Shown: positions 9,846-20,179 of the stretch, in pieces | Numbering within the stretch: position 1 is the stretch's first letter | Layout: each line of letters begins with the position of its first letter | Source of the DNA: a bacterium | Lineage (GTDB): Bacteria > UBA8248 | Assembly (NCBI GenBank): GCA_965219955.1 | Contig: OZ244799.1 | Span: 1,568,001-1,632,000 of the forward strand | DNA: 64,000 nt | Direction: 5' to 3' | The notes under the pieces: generated by a model | Told to the model about the DNA's origin: nothing | Database searches by the model: none | What the model saw: the letters and a program-made list of their open reading frames with translations, nothing else | Translations under genes and position numbers: made by a program

Positions 9846-11084
9846 ATGACGAAGAAAAGCATCTCGGACATCGACGTGCGTGGTAAGCGCGTGCTGATGC
9901 GTGTGGACTTCAACGTCCCCCAGGACGCGAACGGCCGTATCGCCGATGACCGCAGAATCCGCATGGCGCTCCCCACGATAAACCACATTCTGGATAACGG
10001 CGGCCGCCTCGTCCTCATGAGCCACCTGGGCCGCCCGACGGGAGAAGGCCCCGAAGCCGACGCCAAGTGGACGCTCCGGCCCATCGCCGAACGCCTGGAG
10101 ATGCTCCTCGGCAAGAGCGTCGTCTTCGCGGAAGACTGTGTAGGCCCCGCCGCCGAAAGCGCAGCCGCAGCGCTGAGTGACGGGGAATGCTGCCTCCTCG
10201 AAAACCTACGCTTTCACAAGGCCGAGCAGATCAAGGACAAGGCGGCCTCCAAGGACGAGACCAAAAGACGCGAAAAAGACGCCTTCGCGCAGGGACTGGC
10301 CTCTTTGGCCGACGTCTACCTGAACGACGCCTTCGGCACCTGCCACCGCGACAACGCGAGCATGCTCACCGCCCCGCAGATGATGGCGGGCAACCCCCGC
10401 GTTGCGGGATTTTTACTCGAAAAGGAGCTTCAATACCTCGGCGAGGCGCTGAATGCGCCTGAAAGACCTTTTCTCGCCATCATCGGAGGCAAGAAAGTCT
10501 CCGACAAAATGATGGTCATAGAAACGCTGCTGGGCAAATGCGACCGGGTGATCATCGGCGGGGCCATGGTCTATACCTTCATGCGGGCAAAGGGCCAGGA
10601 GACGGGCGCGAGCCTCGTGGAAGAAGACAGGGTCGAAGTCGCCGCCCGGCTGCAATCCTTAGGGGGCGAGAAACTCGTTTTACCGACGGATGTAATCGCC
10701 GCGCGCGCCATCGAAGAAGGCGCGGCATTCGAAGTATTCCAGGGAAAGATTCCCGAGGGTCTGATGGGCCTCGACATCGGCCCTGAATCCGCGCGCCGAT
10801 TCTCGGAGATGATTTCAGGGGCGAAAACCATCGTCTGGAACGGCCCGATGGGCGTCTTCGAGGTCAAGCCCTTCGACGTGGGCACGTTCACCGTTGCGCG
10901 CGCCCTCGCGGAGGCGACGAAAAACGGCGCTACGACCGTCATCGGCGGCGGCGACAGCGCGGCGGCCATCGAGATGGCCGGGCTGAGCAAGCAAGTGAGC
11001 CACGTGAGCACGGGCGGTGGAGCGAGCCTCGAGTTCATGGAGGGAAAATCGTTTCAGGCCGTCGAAATTCTCGATGATTTGTAG
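9846..11084 (+). CDS. pgk: Phosphoglycerate kinase
   Basis: RVDFNVP, SHLGRP, LENLRF, WNGPMGVFE and STGGGASLE motifs. Confidence 0.97.
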   Translation: MTKKSISDIDVRGKRVLMRVDFNVPQDANGRIADDRRIRMALPTINHILDNGGRLVLMSHLGRPTGEGPEADAKWTLRPIAERLEMLLGKSVVFAEDCVGPAAESAAAALSDGECCLLENLRFHKAEQIKDKAASKDETKRREKDAFAQGLASLADVYLNDAFGTCHRDNASMLTAPQMMAGNPRVAGFLLEKELQYLGEALNAPERPFLAIIGGKKVSDKMMVIETLLGKCDRVIIGGAMVYTFMRAKGQETGASLVEEDRVEVAARLQSLGGEKLVLPTDVIAARAIEEGAAFEVFQGKIPEGLMGLDIGPESARRFSEMISGAKTIVWNGPMGVFEVKPFDVGTFTVARALAEATKNGATTVIGGGDSAAAIEMAGLSKQVSHVSTGGGASLEFMEGKSFQAVEILDDL

Positions 11085-11163
11085 AGGTCGCGCGGATGCC
11101 GCATAATCGTCTCGTAAGGACGAGGTTCTCAATTATACAAGCCGCTCTTAAGGACATACCCGG

Positions 11164-12171
11164 GTGAAGAACAACATTCTGGAGGCCATCGGCGATACGC
11201 CTATCGTAAGGCTCAATTCCATCGGCGCGGAAGTCGAATCGGAACTGTTCGTCAAGGTCGAATACATGAATCCGGGCCTCTCGGTGAAAGATCGCATCGC
11301 GCCGCTGATCGTCGAAGACGCGGAGAAAAAGGGCGAATTAAAGCCGGGCGGAATGATTGTCGAGGCCACGTCCGGGAACACCGGCGCGGGTCTCGCCATC
11401 GTCGCCGCCATCAAGGGCTACAATTGCGTTTTCGTGATGCCCGACAAGATGAGCCAGGAGAAAGTCGACCGGCTCCGCGCATACGGTGCCAAAGTCATCG
11501 TCACGCCCACGGTCGCGCTCGACGACCCCGAGAGCCACTACAGCGTCGCGCGCAGGATCGTGGAGGAAACACCCAACTGCATACTGGCGAACCAGTACAA
11601 CAACCCGAACAACCCCGAATCCCACTACCGCATGACGGGGCCCGAGATATGGCGTCAGACGGGAGGCGAGTTCGACGCCTTCGTTACGGGTCTCGGCACC
11701 GGCGGCACCATCTCGGGAACGGGAAGGTTCCTGAAAGAAAAGAATCCCGACATCAAGATCGTGGGCGTCGACCCCATCGGCTCGATTCTCTACGGCCTGT
11801 TTTACGGGGAAACGGACCCCGAGGCGGGCTCCTACAAGACCGAAGGCATCGGAGAAAGCTTCAAGCCCAATACGCTCAGCTTCGATAACATCGATGAAGT
11901 CGTCCGCGTGACCGACGCTGAATGCCTCCTGATGGCGCGCAGGCTGGCGAGGGAAGAAGGCATCCTGGTGGGCGGCTCTGCGGGCGGCGCGGTGGCAGGC
12001 GCCGTGCGATACGCGGAATCCCTCGAAAAGCCCGAAAGAATCGTCACCCTCATGCCGGATTCGGGCATGTTCTATCTCAGCAAGATATTCTCCGACGAAT
12101 GGATGGTCGCCAACGCTTTCCTCGATAAAGATGAGATGGAACAGGCGGCGACACCCGAGAGCGCATCTTAG
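11164..12171 (+). CDS. Cystathionine beta-synthase / cysteine synthase family PLP enzyme
   Basis: NPGLSVKDR, EATSGNTG and GTGGTISG motifs; upstream of a gamma-lyase. Confidence 0.9.
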   Translation: MKNNILEAIGDTPIVRLNSIGAEVESELFVKVEYMNPGLSVKDRIAPLIVEDAEKKGELKPGGMIVEATSGNTGAGLAIVAAIKGYNCVFVMPDKMSQEKVDRLRAYGAKVIVTPTVALDDPESHYSVARRIVEETPNCILANQYNNPNNPESHYRMTGPEIWRQTGGEFDAFVTGLGTGGTISGTGRFLKEKNPDIKIVGVDPIGSILYGLFYGETDPEAGSYKTEGIGESFKPNTLSFDNIDEVVRVTDAECLLMARRLAREEGILVGGSAGGAVAGAVRYAESLEKPERIVTLMPDSGMFYLSKIFSDEWMVANAFLDKDEMEQAATPESAS

Positions 12172-12218
12172 AGGTCGATAGGCAAACAGAATCCACCCCC
12201 TCGCCTTCCTGGAGCAAA

Positions 12219-13394
12219 ATGAAAATATCCACCAGAGCGATTCATCACGGAAAAGAACCCAACGAACTCACCGGCGCCGTGAAGCCCGACATCTGCCTGA
12301 GCAGCACGTTCAAGCAGCACACGCCCGGCGATCCCGTCGGCGATTTCGAATACTCGCGCTCGGGCAACCCGACACGAGAGGCTTTGGAGATGAACATCGC
12401 AGGCCTCGAGCGTCCCGAAGGCGCGGATGCCGAGTGTCACGGGCTGGCCTTTTCCTCAGGTCTGGGCGCCACCACCACGATACTCTTCGCCCTGCTTTCG
12501 CACGGCGACCACATGCTCTGCTCGGACGACGTGTACGGCGGAACCTTCCGCCTCATCACGGGCAAGGATTTCAGGGGGTTCGAGAAATTCGGGATCGCGT
12601 GCGACTACGTCGACATGGCGGATGAAGAGTCCCTCGCCGGGAAGATCAGGGAGAACACGAGGCTCATCTGGATAGAGAGCCCCACGAACCCGCTCTTGAA
12701 GATGGCCGACATCCGCAGCATCGCCTCCACGTACGGGAAAGACGGCGCCATCGTCGCCGTGGACAACACCTTCATGAGCCCCTACTTCCAGAGGCCGCTC
12801 GCTCTGGGCGCTGACATCGCCGTTCACAGCACGACGAAATACATCGGCGGGCACAGCGACGTCGTCGGCGGCGCCCTGGTGACGAAAAGCCGGGCGCTCC
12901 ATGAGCGCATCAGGCACTACCAGAACGCACTCGGTGCGACGCCCGCCCCCTTCGATTGCTACATGACCATGCGGGGCATCGACACCCTCCCCGTGCGGAT
13001 GGAAAAACACCAGGAAAACGCCATGAAAATCGCCAGGCATTTTGAGGGGCACCCCGGGGTGGAAAAAGTCATATATCCGGGGCTGGAATCTCACCCCCAG
13101 CACGATCTGGCGAAAAGGCAGATGAGCGGTTTCGGGGGCATGCTGGCGTTCTACCTGAAAGGCGGCCTGCCCGAGGCGCGCAGGTTTCTCGAAAACGTCC
13201 GGCTGTTCACCCTGGCGGAGAGTTTAGGCGGCACCGAGTCCCTCGTCGAGCATCCCGCTATCATGACCCACGCTTCTCTCACCGAGGAGAGCAGAGAAGC
13301 GCTTGGCATCAGCGACACCCTGATTCGGCTGTCGGTGGGAATCGAGGACGCGGACGATTTAATCGAGGATCTGGATCAGGCCTTGAGAGCGTAA
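12219..13394 (+). CDS. Cystathionine gamma-lyase/synthase
   Basis: YSRSGNPT, ESPTNP, HSTTKYIGGHSD and AESLGG motifs. Confidence 0.92.
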   Translation: MKISTRAIHHGKEPNELTGAVKPDICLSSTFKQHTPGDPVGDFEYSRSGNPTREALEMNIAGLERPEGADAECHGLAFSSGLGATTTILFALLSHGDHMLCSDDVYGGTFRLITGKDFRGFEKFGIACDYVDMADEESLAGKIRENTRLIWIESPTNPLLKMADIRSIASTYGKDGAIVAVDNTFMSPYFQRPLALGADIAVHSTTKYIGGHSDVVGGALVTKSRALHERIRHYQNALGATPAPFDCYMTMRGIDTLPVRMEKHQENAMKIARHFEGHPGVEKVIYPGLESHPQHDLAKRQMSGFGGMLAFYLKGGLPEARRFLENVRLFTLAESLGGTESLVEHPAIMTHASLTEESREALGISDTLIRLSVGIEDADDLIEDLDQALRA

Positions 13395-13404
13395 TTTGCG
13401 GCGC

Positions 13405-13452
13405 AAAAAAACCATCCCCCGGTCCGGCGATGAGGAGAGGGATGGTTTTTCT
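13405..13452. terminator. Bidirectional intrinsic terminator
   Basis: AAAAAACCATCCC...GGGATGGTTTTTT hairpin between convergent genes. Confidence 0.7.
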
Positions 13453-13465
13453 CTAAATCCGAAGC

Positions 13466-14470
13466 CTACATGAAATACTTCCGGTCGTTCATGTCCGGGT
13501 ACATGTCTCCCACCCACTTCGCATAGCCGTTGAAAAGAAGAGTCGGCCTTCTCTTGTTCGTTCCCAGCATGCGCTCCGACGCCTGGGACCATCTGGGGTG
13601 ATTGAACTTCGGGTTGATGTTGGCCCAGAAGCCGTATTCGCTGGGTCCCGCCTTCTCCCAGAACGTGCGGGGACGCTTTTCGGTGAATTCGATGGAAACG
13701 ACGGATTTTATGCTCTTGAATCCAAATTTCCAGGGAACCACCAACCGCAGGGGCGCGCCGTGCTGCTGCGGCATGGGATGACCGTAAATGCCCGTGCCCA
13801 TTATCGCCAGTTCGTTCATGGCCTCCTTCATGGTGAGGCCTTCCACGTAAGGCCACGGGTACCAGACCTGGAGCTGCCCCAGCGCCACCTTGCGGTTCAG
13901 GAAGGTGGTGAATTTGACGTATTTCGCCTTGCTCGTGGGCTCCACCTTCTTGATGAGTTCGGAAATCCTGAAACCCGTCCAAGGAACGGCCATCGCCCAT
14001 GCTTCCACGCAGCGGAAACGATACAGTCGCTCCTCGAGCGTCATGCCCTTAATCAACTCGTCGATGTCGTAGGTTTTGGGCTTCTTGACGTGGCCTTTCA
14101 CTTCCACCTGCCAGGGGCGCGTCTCCATGCGTTTGGCCAGCCAGGAGATCGCCTTGTTGCCGCCGAATTCATAGAAATTGTTGTATTCGGCCGCCACCTT
14201 CTCATCCGTGAGGGGCCGATCCAGCGTGAAAGCGGGATTCCGGCGCGCCGGGTACAGGCCCACCGTTTGATCCTTGGGATGCGCAACCCCCTTTTTCGCC
14301 TGCGCCAGAGCAACCGGGCCGTCGCGTTCGGGCCAGTAGGGAGGCGTCACCATCTGGCTCAGCATCAGACCCGCGCCGCCCGCCAAGAACTTGCGGCGGT
14401 TCAGAAAAACGGATTCGGGCGTGGCTTCACGCTCGGGCATCGACCATTCGGGCTTTTTGATGTAATTCAT
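13466..14470 (-). CDS. msrP: Protein-methionine-sulfoxide reductase catalytic subunit
   Basis: Tat signal (NRRKFL); YNNFYEF, RFRCVEAW, HGAPLRLVVPWK and HPRWSQASER motifs. Confidence 0.95.
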   Translation of the reverse strand: MNYIKKPEWSMPEREATPESVFLNRRKFLAGGAGLMLSQMVTPPYWPERDGPVALAQAKKGVAHPKDQTVGLYPARRNPAFTLDRPLTDEKVAAEYNNFYEFGGNKAISWLAKRMETRPWQVEVKGHVKKPKTYDIDELIKGMTLEERLYRFRCVEAWAMAVPWTGFRISELIKKVEPTSKAKYVKFTTFLNRKVALGQLQVWYPWPYVEGLTMKEAMNELAIMGTGIYGHPMPQQHGAPLRLVVPWKFGFKSIKSVVSIEFTEKRPRTFWEKAGPSEYGFWANINPKFNHPRWSQASERMLGTNKRRPTLLFNGYAKWVGDMYPDMNDRKYFM

Positions 14471-14710
14471 CTCGTCCCCTTTTGGGTGGCGGCTGGAGCC
14501 GGGTGTATTCTCCAGAGCAGGCGAATCGTTTCAAACTATGCCATGGACGCAGATTCGCCTTCCATGACGGCTCTTGGGAATATATCATAGAAATCTCACC
14601 AAAGTGAGAAAACCCGGTTTTATAAGGATTCTATACAGTCGGAACTGTGCGCAAACGCCGCGCAGGCGCGCCCCGTGGGCACAGAGACGACCATTCGATC
14701 GAGGAGACCC

Positions 14711-15769
14711 ATGTCCGAACAACGCTACCCCGTAGAACGTCTGGAGAATTTCATTCACGCCGTCCTGACGGCGCACGACGTTCTGGACGAGCACGCCCGT
14801 ATCTGCGCCGTCCGCATGATCGAAGCCGACCTCCACGGGATGCACGGACACGGCATCTTCCGGCTCCCTCCCTATTGCCGCAGAATCCGGGAAGGCGGCT
14901 ACAACCTGAGGCCCGACATCCGCGCCGAGCGCGAAACCGCCGTGAGCGCTCTCATCAACGGGGACAACGGCTTCGGCCAGGTGGTCGTCACGTTCGCGGC
15001 TGAACTCGCCATCCAGAAGGCGCGGGAAAACGGGCTGGCGTGGATCGGCATACACCACGGGAACCACGCCGGCGCCGCGGGCGTCTATGCCGCCCTGCCC
15101 CTCGCGCACGACATGATCGGGATGTACATGGCCGTCGCCAACGCCAACCACATGCCGCCCTGGGGCGGCGTGGACATGCTCCTGAGCACCAACCCCATCG
15201 CCTACGCCATCCCCGCGGGCGAGGAGCCGCCATTCGTCCTGGACATGGCCACCACCGAGACCTCCTACGGAAAGGTGAAGGTCTACGCCCAGGAGGGAAA
15301 ACCGATGCCCGAGGGCTGGATGATGACCAAAGACGGAAAGCCCCTCACCGACGCCACGCGCGCCGAGGAGGGTTTTCTGCTCCCCATCGGGGGGCACAAG
15401 GGCTATGGACTCAACATGATGATCGGCGCACTCGCGGGCGTTCTGAACGGAGCAGCCTTTGGATCTGACGTCATAGACTTCAACAAGGACTTCAAGACGC
15501 CCACGAACACCGGCCAGGTGTTCTTCGCCATGCGGCCGGACATCTTCCGCGACCTGGACGACTTCAAGGCGGAGATGGACCTGAGGATCCGCGAGATCAG
15601 AAATTCCGCCCCCATGGAGGGGGGAGACCCCATCCGGATTCCCGGCGAGAACCTCGCGCGAAGAAAAGAGCAGATGCGCAGGGACGGCGTGCCCGTCGCC
15701 GCGCCTGTGCTCGCCCAACTGAGAGAGTTGGCCGGGGAACTCGGTCTCGAGGACAAGCTTGCCGACTAG
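14711..15769 (+). CDS. Ldh_2 family (malate/L-lactate/ureidoglycolate-type) oxidoreductase
   Basis: HGIFRL, NHAGA, STNPIA, LDMATT, GGHKGYGL and RIPGE motifs. Confidence 0.9.
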   Translation: MSEQRYPVERLENFIHAVLTAHDVLDEHARICAVRMIEADLHGMHGHGIFRLPPYCRRIREGGYNLRPDIRAERETAVSALINGDNGFGQVVVTFAAELAIQKARENGLAWIGIHHGNHAGAAGVYAALPLAHDMIGMYMAVANANHMPPWGGVDMLLSTNPIAYAIPAGEEPPFVLDMATTETSYGKVKVYAQEGKPMPEGWMMTKDGKPLTDATRAEEGFLLPIGGHKGYGLNMMIGALAGVLNGAAFGSDVIDFNKDFKTPTNTGQVFFAMRPDIFRDLDDFKAEMDLRIREIRNSAPMEGGDPIRIPGENLARRKEQMRRDGVPVAAPVLAQLRELAGELGLEDKLAD

Positions 15770-16630
15770 TCACGCCAGGCTGATCAGCGCGCCTCCCGCG
15801 ACGATGAAGGCCGCGCCCAGCACCATGAGCGGCGTCAGCGGCTCCATGCCTTGCGGCAAAAACCGCGAGAAGAGCAGCACGAACAGGGGCTGGGCCGAGG
15901 TGATCGGCGTCACGACGACGATGCGCCCCTCCTCGAGCGCGAAGAAAAGCGATGTCAGGGCCGAGAAACTGGCGAGTCCCACGAGGATGAAATAAAACAG
16001 GCCCTTCCCGGTGAAGTCCTTGCGCCCGCTTCTGGAATTCGCCAGAACCAGAGCCATGACGACGCTCGACGTCCCCGCCATCACGAAAATCGCGAGCGTC
16101 TTATACGGCACGTCGGGCGAGGAGTAGCGGATGATGAGGTCGCGCATGACCCATATGAGCGTGGCGCCGATGGCATAGGCGATTCCGGCGAGCGCCCACG
16201 AGCGAATCTCATCTTTCCTGATCGACAAGACGATGATGCCGCAGACGATGAGCGCGGTTCCCAGGGCGAGGACGGGCGTGAGTTGCTCGCCCAGCAGCAA
16301 GACGGCCAGCGTGCTCGAAAAGAGCGGCCCCAGACCGCGCAGGATGCCCGAAGGCGCTGCCCCGATGCGCTGGACGCCCGCGAACTGAAACGTCCTCGAA
16401 ATGCTGGGGGTGATGACGCCGAGCCCCACGAACCAGAGCAGGTGCGGGTTGGCGAAAGCGCTCAGCGGCACGCTCGCCGCTATCCAGGGCAGATAAAGCA
16501 GCGTCACCGTGGCCGAGGCCACGAACCCGCCGAACACGGGCGTCGCCTCCCGCGTCGCAAGGCGCGAGAAGATAAAAGTCAGCGCGAAAAAGGCCGATGC
16601 CGCGATGGCCAGGGGAATCTCTGTCAACAC
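15770..16630 (-). CDS. EamA/DMT family transporter
   Basis: Ten hydrophobic segments in two EamA repeats (LLGE motif). Confidence 0.85.
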   Translation of the reverse strand: MLTEIPLAIAASAFFALTFIFSRLATREATPVFGGFVASATVTLLYLPWIAASVPLSAFANPHLLWFVGLGVITPSISRTFQFAGVQRIGAAPSGILRGLGPLFSSTLAVLLLGEQLTPVLALGTALIVCGIIVLSIRKDEIRSWALAGIAYAIGATLIWVMRDLIIRYSSPDVPYKTLAIFVMAGTSSVVMALVLANSRSGRKDFTGKGLFYFILVGLASFSALTSLFFALEEGRIVVVTPITSAQPLFVLLFSRFLPQGMEPLTPLMVLGAAFIVAGGALISLA

Positions 16631-16709
16631 ATGCCTCGCCTCACAACCAACACAATGAAAAAGCGCCCCCGGCTTTCGGCCAGGGGCGCCGATTCGATCA
16701 AGCGCCTGC

Positions 16710-17948
16710 TCAGTCCTGGATGATCAGCTCTTCGCAATAGGGAGCGCGCGTCATGTAAACCGGCTCATCCTCGGTGATGAGGATATGATCCTCGATGCGC
16801 ACGCCTGCCCCGCCCGGAATCCCAGGCACGAATATGAGCGGCTCGATGGCGAACGTCATCCCCGGCGCGAAATCCACGCTCTCGGCGCCGGGCATCACCT
16901 CGCCCACGTAGGGCGGCTCGTTGGGCGATATGCCGCAGCCGTGCCCGATGAAGAGTTTAATGAAATTCTCTTCCAGACCTGCGGAACGAGCGACTTCCAG
17001 GAATTCCGCCGCCGAATCGTCGTTCGTGTACCCGGGGCGCATTTTCTCGATTCCCGCCCTGAGCGCCTTGTAGACGGTCGTATACACCTTCTTCTGCATG
17101 GGATGTGGCGGGCCGCCGGCCACCTTTGCGCGCCCGCAGTCACCGAAATAGCCGTTCCAGCAGGCGCCGATGTCGATGAAGACGATGTCCGCGTTTCTGA
17201 TGATTTTATCGGTGGGAAAGCGCGTCGGCGGCGCCATGTGCTCGCCCGAGGCGACGAACGGAGACGCCAGGTGTCCGAACTCGCCGCCGTGGGTGAAGAG
17301 CGTCTTCATCGCTTCTGCCGCCACGTCGAACTCGCGAACGCCCGGCTCGGCGTGGTTTAACGCCGTGATGGTCACGGCGTCGGCGATGGCGCAAGCCTGG
17401 TGGAGGCAGGCGATTTCGTCCGGCGTTTTCTGCACCCGGCTCATGTACATGAACTGCTCGCCGTCCACGAAGGTGGCTTCGGGGAAGTATTTTTCGATCA
17501 TCGCCCGCTGTGTGAACGTGTGCCCGTCGAGCCCGATGGTGCCGTTCGAAACCCCCCAGTCATCGAAACGCGTCTTGATGTCGGTGCCCACCGTGTGCTC
17601 GACGAGACCCGGCTCCTCCAGGATGCCGATGGGCACGTAGTCGTCGATCCAGGGCATGCACTCCTCGATGCGGTGCGCCTCGCCGCTCGAGGCGAGCAGC
17701 GTCGGGTTGCCCTCCTGCCTCAGCAGCACGCCGTAGGTGGTGGAGGAGCGGTACTGAATCATGATGACGCGCGCGCTGGTCAGATAGCGCACGTTCTCGT
17801 CCTTCCAGAGGATGAGGGCGTCGATGCCTTGTTCCTTCATCGCCGCCTGGGTCTTCTCGACGCGCTCTCGGCGCATGCGGTCCATGTCGATACGGTGCTC
17901 CCAGTCGACCATCATCGACCCGCGCGCCCACGTGGGGTAGTCCGTCAT
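16710..17948 (-). CDS. M24 family Xaa-Pro peptidase-like hydrolase
   Basis: FIDIG, GYFGD, GHGCG, FAIEP and GVRIED motifs. Confidence 0.88.
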   Translation of the reverse strand: MTDYPTWARGSMMVDWEHRIDMDRMRRERVEKTQAAMKEQGIDALILWKDENVRYLTSARVIMIQYRSSTTYGVLLRQEGNPTLLASSGEAHRIEECMPWIDDYVPIGILEEPGLVEHTVGTDIKTRFDDWGVSNGTIGLDGHTFTQRAMIEKYFPEATFVDGEQFMYMSRVQKTPDEIACLHQACAIADAVTITALNHAEPGVREFDVAAEAMKTLFTHGGEFGHLASPFVASGEHMAPPTRFPTDKIIRNADIVFIDIGACWNGYFGDCGRAKVAGGPPHPMQKKVYTTVYKALRAGIEKMRPGYTNDDSAAEFLEVARSAGLEENFIKLFIGHGCGISPNEPPYVGEVMPGAESVDFAPGMTFAIEPLIFVPGIPGGAGVRIEDHILITEDEPVYMTRAPYCEELIIQD

Positions 17949-18114
17949 TGCTTCTTCCTCCTCCTCGAAATACAAAGATTTCGGCCTGAAAATATCGAGT
18001 CCGCAAAGATGATTCTGAATATGAAATTCGCGGCGACGCTAGCACCCGCGCCTGAACCTGTCAAGAAAACGCAGACCCGGAGGTAGGCCGAAAGTACAGG
18101 ATTCCATCTCAAAG

Positions 18115-18143
18115 TTGACTTAACCCCGCCGCCTCGCTACTTT
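18115..18143 (+). promoter_or_regulatory. Sigma70-like promoter
   Basis: TTGACT-17 bp-TACTTT upstream of the enoyl-CoA hydratase. Confidence 0.45.
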
Positions 18144-18196
18144 CGGGCCAAAGTTCACCACGAGCGTATTCGCCAAATTCAAATGGAGAACCACTG

Positions 18197-18964
18197 ATGA
18201 GCCTCGTCCTCTATGAAGTGAAAGATAAAACCGCCACCATCACCCTGAACCGGCCCGATAAACTCAACGCCTACACCGAGGAGATGGTGGACGAGATGTA
18301 CGAAGCCTGCCAGCGATTCGCGAAAGACGATGACGCCTGGACGGCCATCGTCACAGGCGCGGGTGATCGAGCCTTCTGCGCGGGCCACGACCTCAACCTG
18401 GTCGTGGAGAGCGAGGGCCAGTACAAAGACCACGATTCACCGACGGTATGGTACGGCGAATTCGAGATTTACAAACCCATGATCGCCGCGGTGAACGGCT
18501 ACGCCTTCGGAGGGGGGTGCTCGCTGGCGCTCTCGTGCGACATCCGGATTGCTTCCGAGAACGCCGTTTTCGGCTACCCGCAGCCCAAATACGGCGCGAT
18601 GAGCCTCGGCGGCCACCAGCGCATGCCCAAGACCATCCCCCCCGGCATCGCCATGGAATTCATGCTCACGGGGAGGAACATCCCGGCGGAAGAGGCCGCG
18701 CGCTGGGGCATGGTGAACAAGGTGGTACCCCAGGACGCGCTGATGGACGAGGCGCGCGCCATGGCCGCCCTCATCAACGAAAACGCGCCCCTGGCTGTGC
18801 AGCACACGAAAGAGGCGGTGCTCAAAGGCCTCAGAACGCCCGACGTGCGCGAGGGCATCGCCAATGCCAAACTCATCAGCTACCGCCTCCAGACCTCGCG
18901 CGACACGCAGGAGGGCCTCGCGGCCTTCATGGAGAAGAGAAAACCCGAATGGCAGGGCCGCTAA
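18197..18964 (+). CDS. Enoyl-CoA hydratase/isomerase
   Basis: LNRPDKLNA, AFCAGHDL and AAVNGYAFGGG motifs. Confidence 0.92.
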   Translation: MSLVLYEVKDKTATITLNRPDKLNAYTEEMVDEMYEACQRFAKDDDAWTAIVTGAGDRAFCAGHDLNLVVESEGQYKDHDSPTVWYGEFEIYKPMIAAVNGYAFGGGCSLALSCDIRIASENAVFGYPQPKYGAMSLGGHQRMPKTIPPGIAMEFMLTGRNIPAEEAARWGMVNKVVPQDALMDEARAMAALINENAPLAVQHTKEAVLKGLRTPDVREGIANAKLISYRLQTSRDTQEGLAAFMEKRKPEWQGR

Positions 18965-19028
18965 GGCGCATGGACTACGCCCTCGCTTCACTGGAACTTA
19001 CATATGTATTCATATGAGGAACCCATAG

Positions 19029-20066
19029 ATGAATGATTCTCCAAAAATCGGTATGGCCTTCATCGGGCTCGGCTGGTGGGGCGCCGTGCTCGCGGACGCC
19101 GCCCTCGCCTCCGGGAAAGTGGTGGTGACCGGCGGATTCGCCCGCACGCCCTCCTCCCGCGAGGAATTCGTCGGCAAATACGGCGGCCGGAATTTTTCTT
19201 CTATTGACGAGGTGATGGCCGACCCTGAGACTGAAGCCGTCGTCATCGCCACGGCGAACTCCGTACACAAGGAAATCGCGGTTGCCGCCGCCCGCGCGGG
19301 CAAGCACGTTCATCTGGAAAAACCCATGGCGCTCAGCGTTTCCGACGCGAAAGCCGTCGAGCAGGCGTGCAGAGACCACGGCGTCAAACTCCACATGGGG
19401 CAGAACTTCCGGCGCTGGCCGATGTTCCGAAGAGCGAAGGAAATCGTGGATAGCGGGGACTTGGGACTGGTGAACTACACGGTCGCCACGTTTTCCAATA
19501 ATCACGGCTTCACCTCCGGCCCAAAGAGCATGCGGTGGGACGCCACGGAGAACCCGGGCGGGCCGCTCTACAGCTACACCATCCATCTCGCGGACATGAT
19601 GGAATACCTCTTCGGCGACGTGGACGAGGTGAGCGGCGCATGCGCCAAGGTGGGCGGCCCCAACCCCCAGGAAGACGCCGCCGCCGCCATCCTGCGCTTC
19701 AAGAGCGGGCTGATGGGCGTCATCTCGAGCAGCTATCTGGCCCCGTTCCACTTCGCCTACGACATTCAGGGCACCGAAGCGAACCTGAGCCTCTCCACGA
19801 CGGACAACCCGACCCTCAAGCGCCCCATCGACCTGATGGGCGGCCTCGAAACCACAATCGTGGAACTCGACCACGATCTCGTGGAGGGAAGACTCCTCGC
19901 CAACCGCGAGCAGTTCGACGACCTCGTCGACGCCATTCGGGAAGACAGGGACCCCGAGGTCACCGGACGCCACGGAGTCCGGGCGCTCGCCATCATGCGG
20001 GCCATTCTCAAGAGCAACGCCGAGAGGCGGATTGTGACGATCGAGGAGATTCTGGAGAACGACTAG
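19029..20066 (+). CDS. Gfo/Idh/MocA oxidoreductase
   Basis: IGLGWWG, GKHVHLEKPM and IHLAD motifs. Confidence 0.9.
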   Translation: MNDSPKIGMAFIGLGWWGAVLADAALASGKVVVTGGFARTPSSREEFVGKYGGRNFSSIDEVMADPETEAVVIATANSVHKEIAVAAARAGKHVHLEKPMALSVSDAKAVEQACRDHGVKLHMGQNFRRWPMFRRAKEIVDSGDLGLVNYTVATFSNNHGFTSGPKSMRWDATENPGGPLYSYTIHLADMMEYLFGDVDEVSGACAKVGGPNPQEDAAAAILRFKSGLMGVISSSYLAPFHFAYDIQGTEANLSLSTTDNPTLKRPIDLMGGLETTIVELDHDLVEGRLLANREQFDDLVDAIREDRDPEVTGRHGVRALAIMRAILKSNAERRIVTIEEILEND

Positions 20067-20179
20067 GCCCGAATCAGCCCTCTCGCCAAGGGGGTCTGAT
20101 TCGCGTATAATCTTGCCTCGTTGGCCCATCGCATATCTGCGACTTGTTCCGCCCGGACTCGTCCCGGAAACCATCTCTC

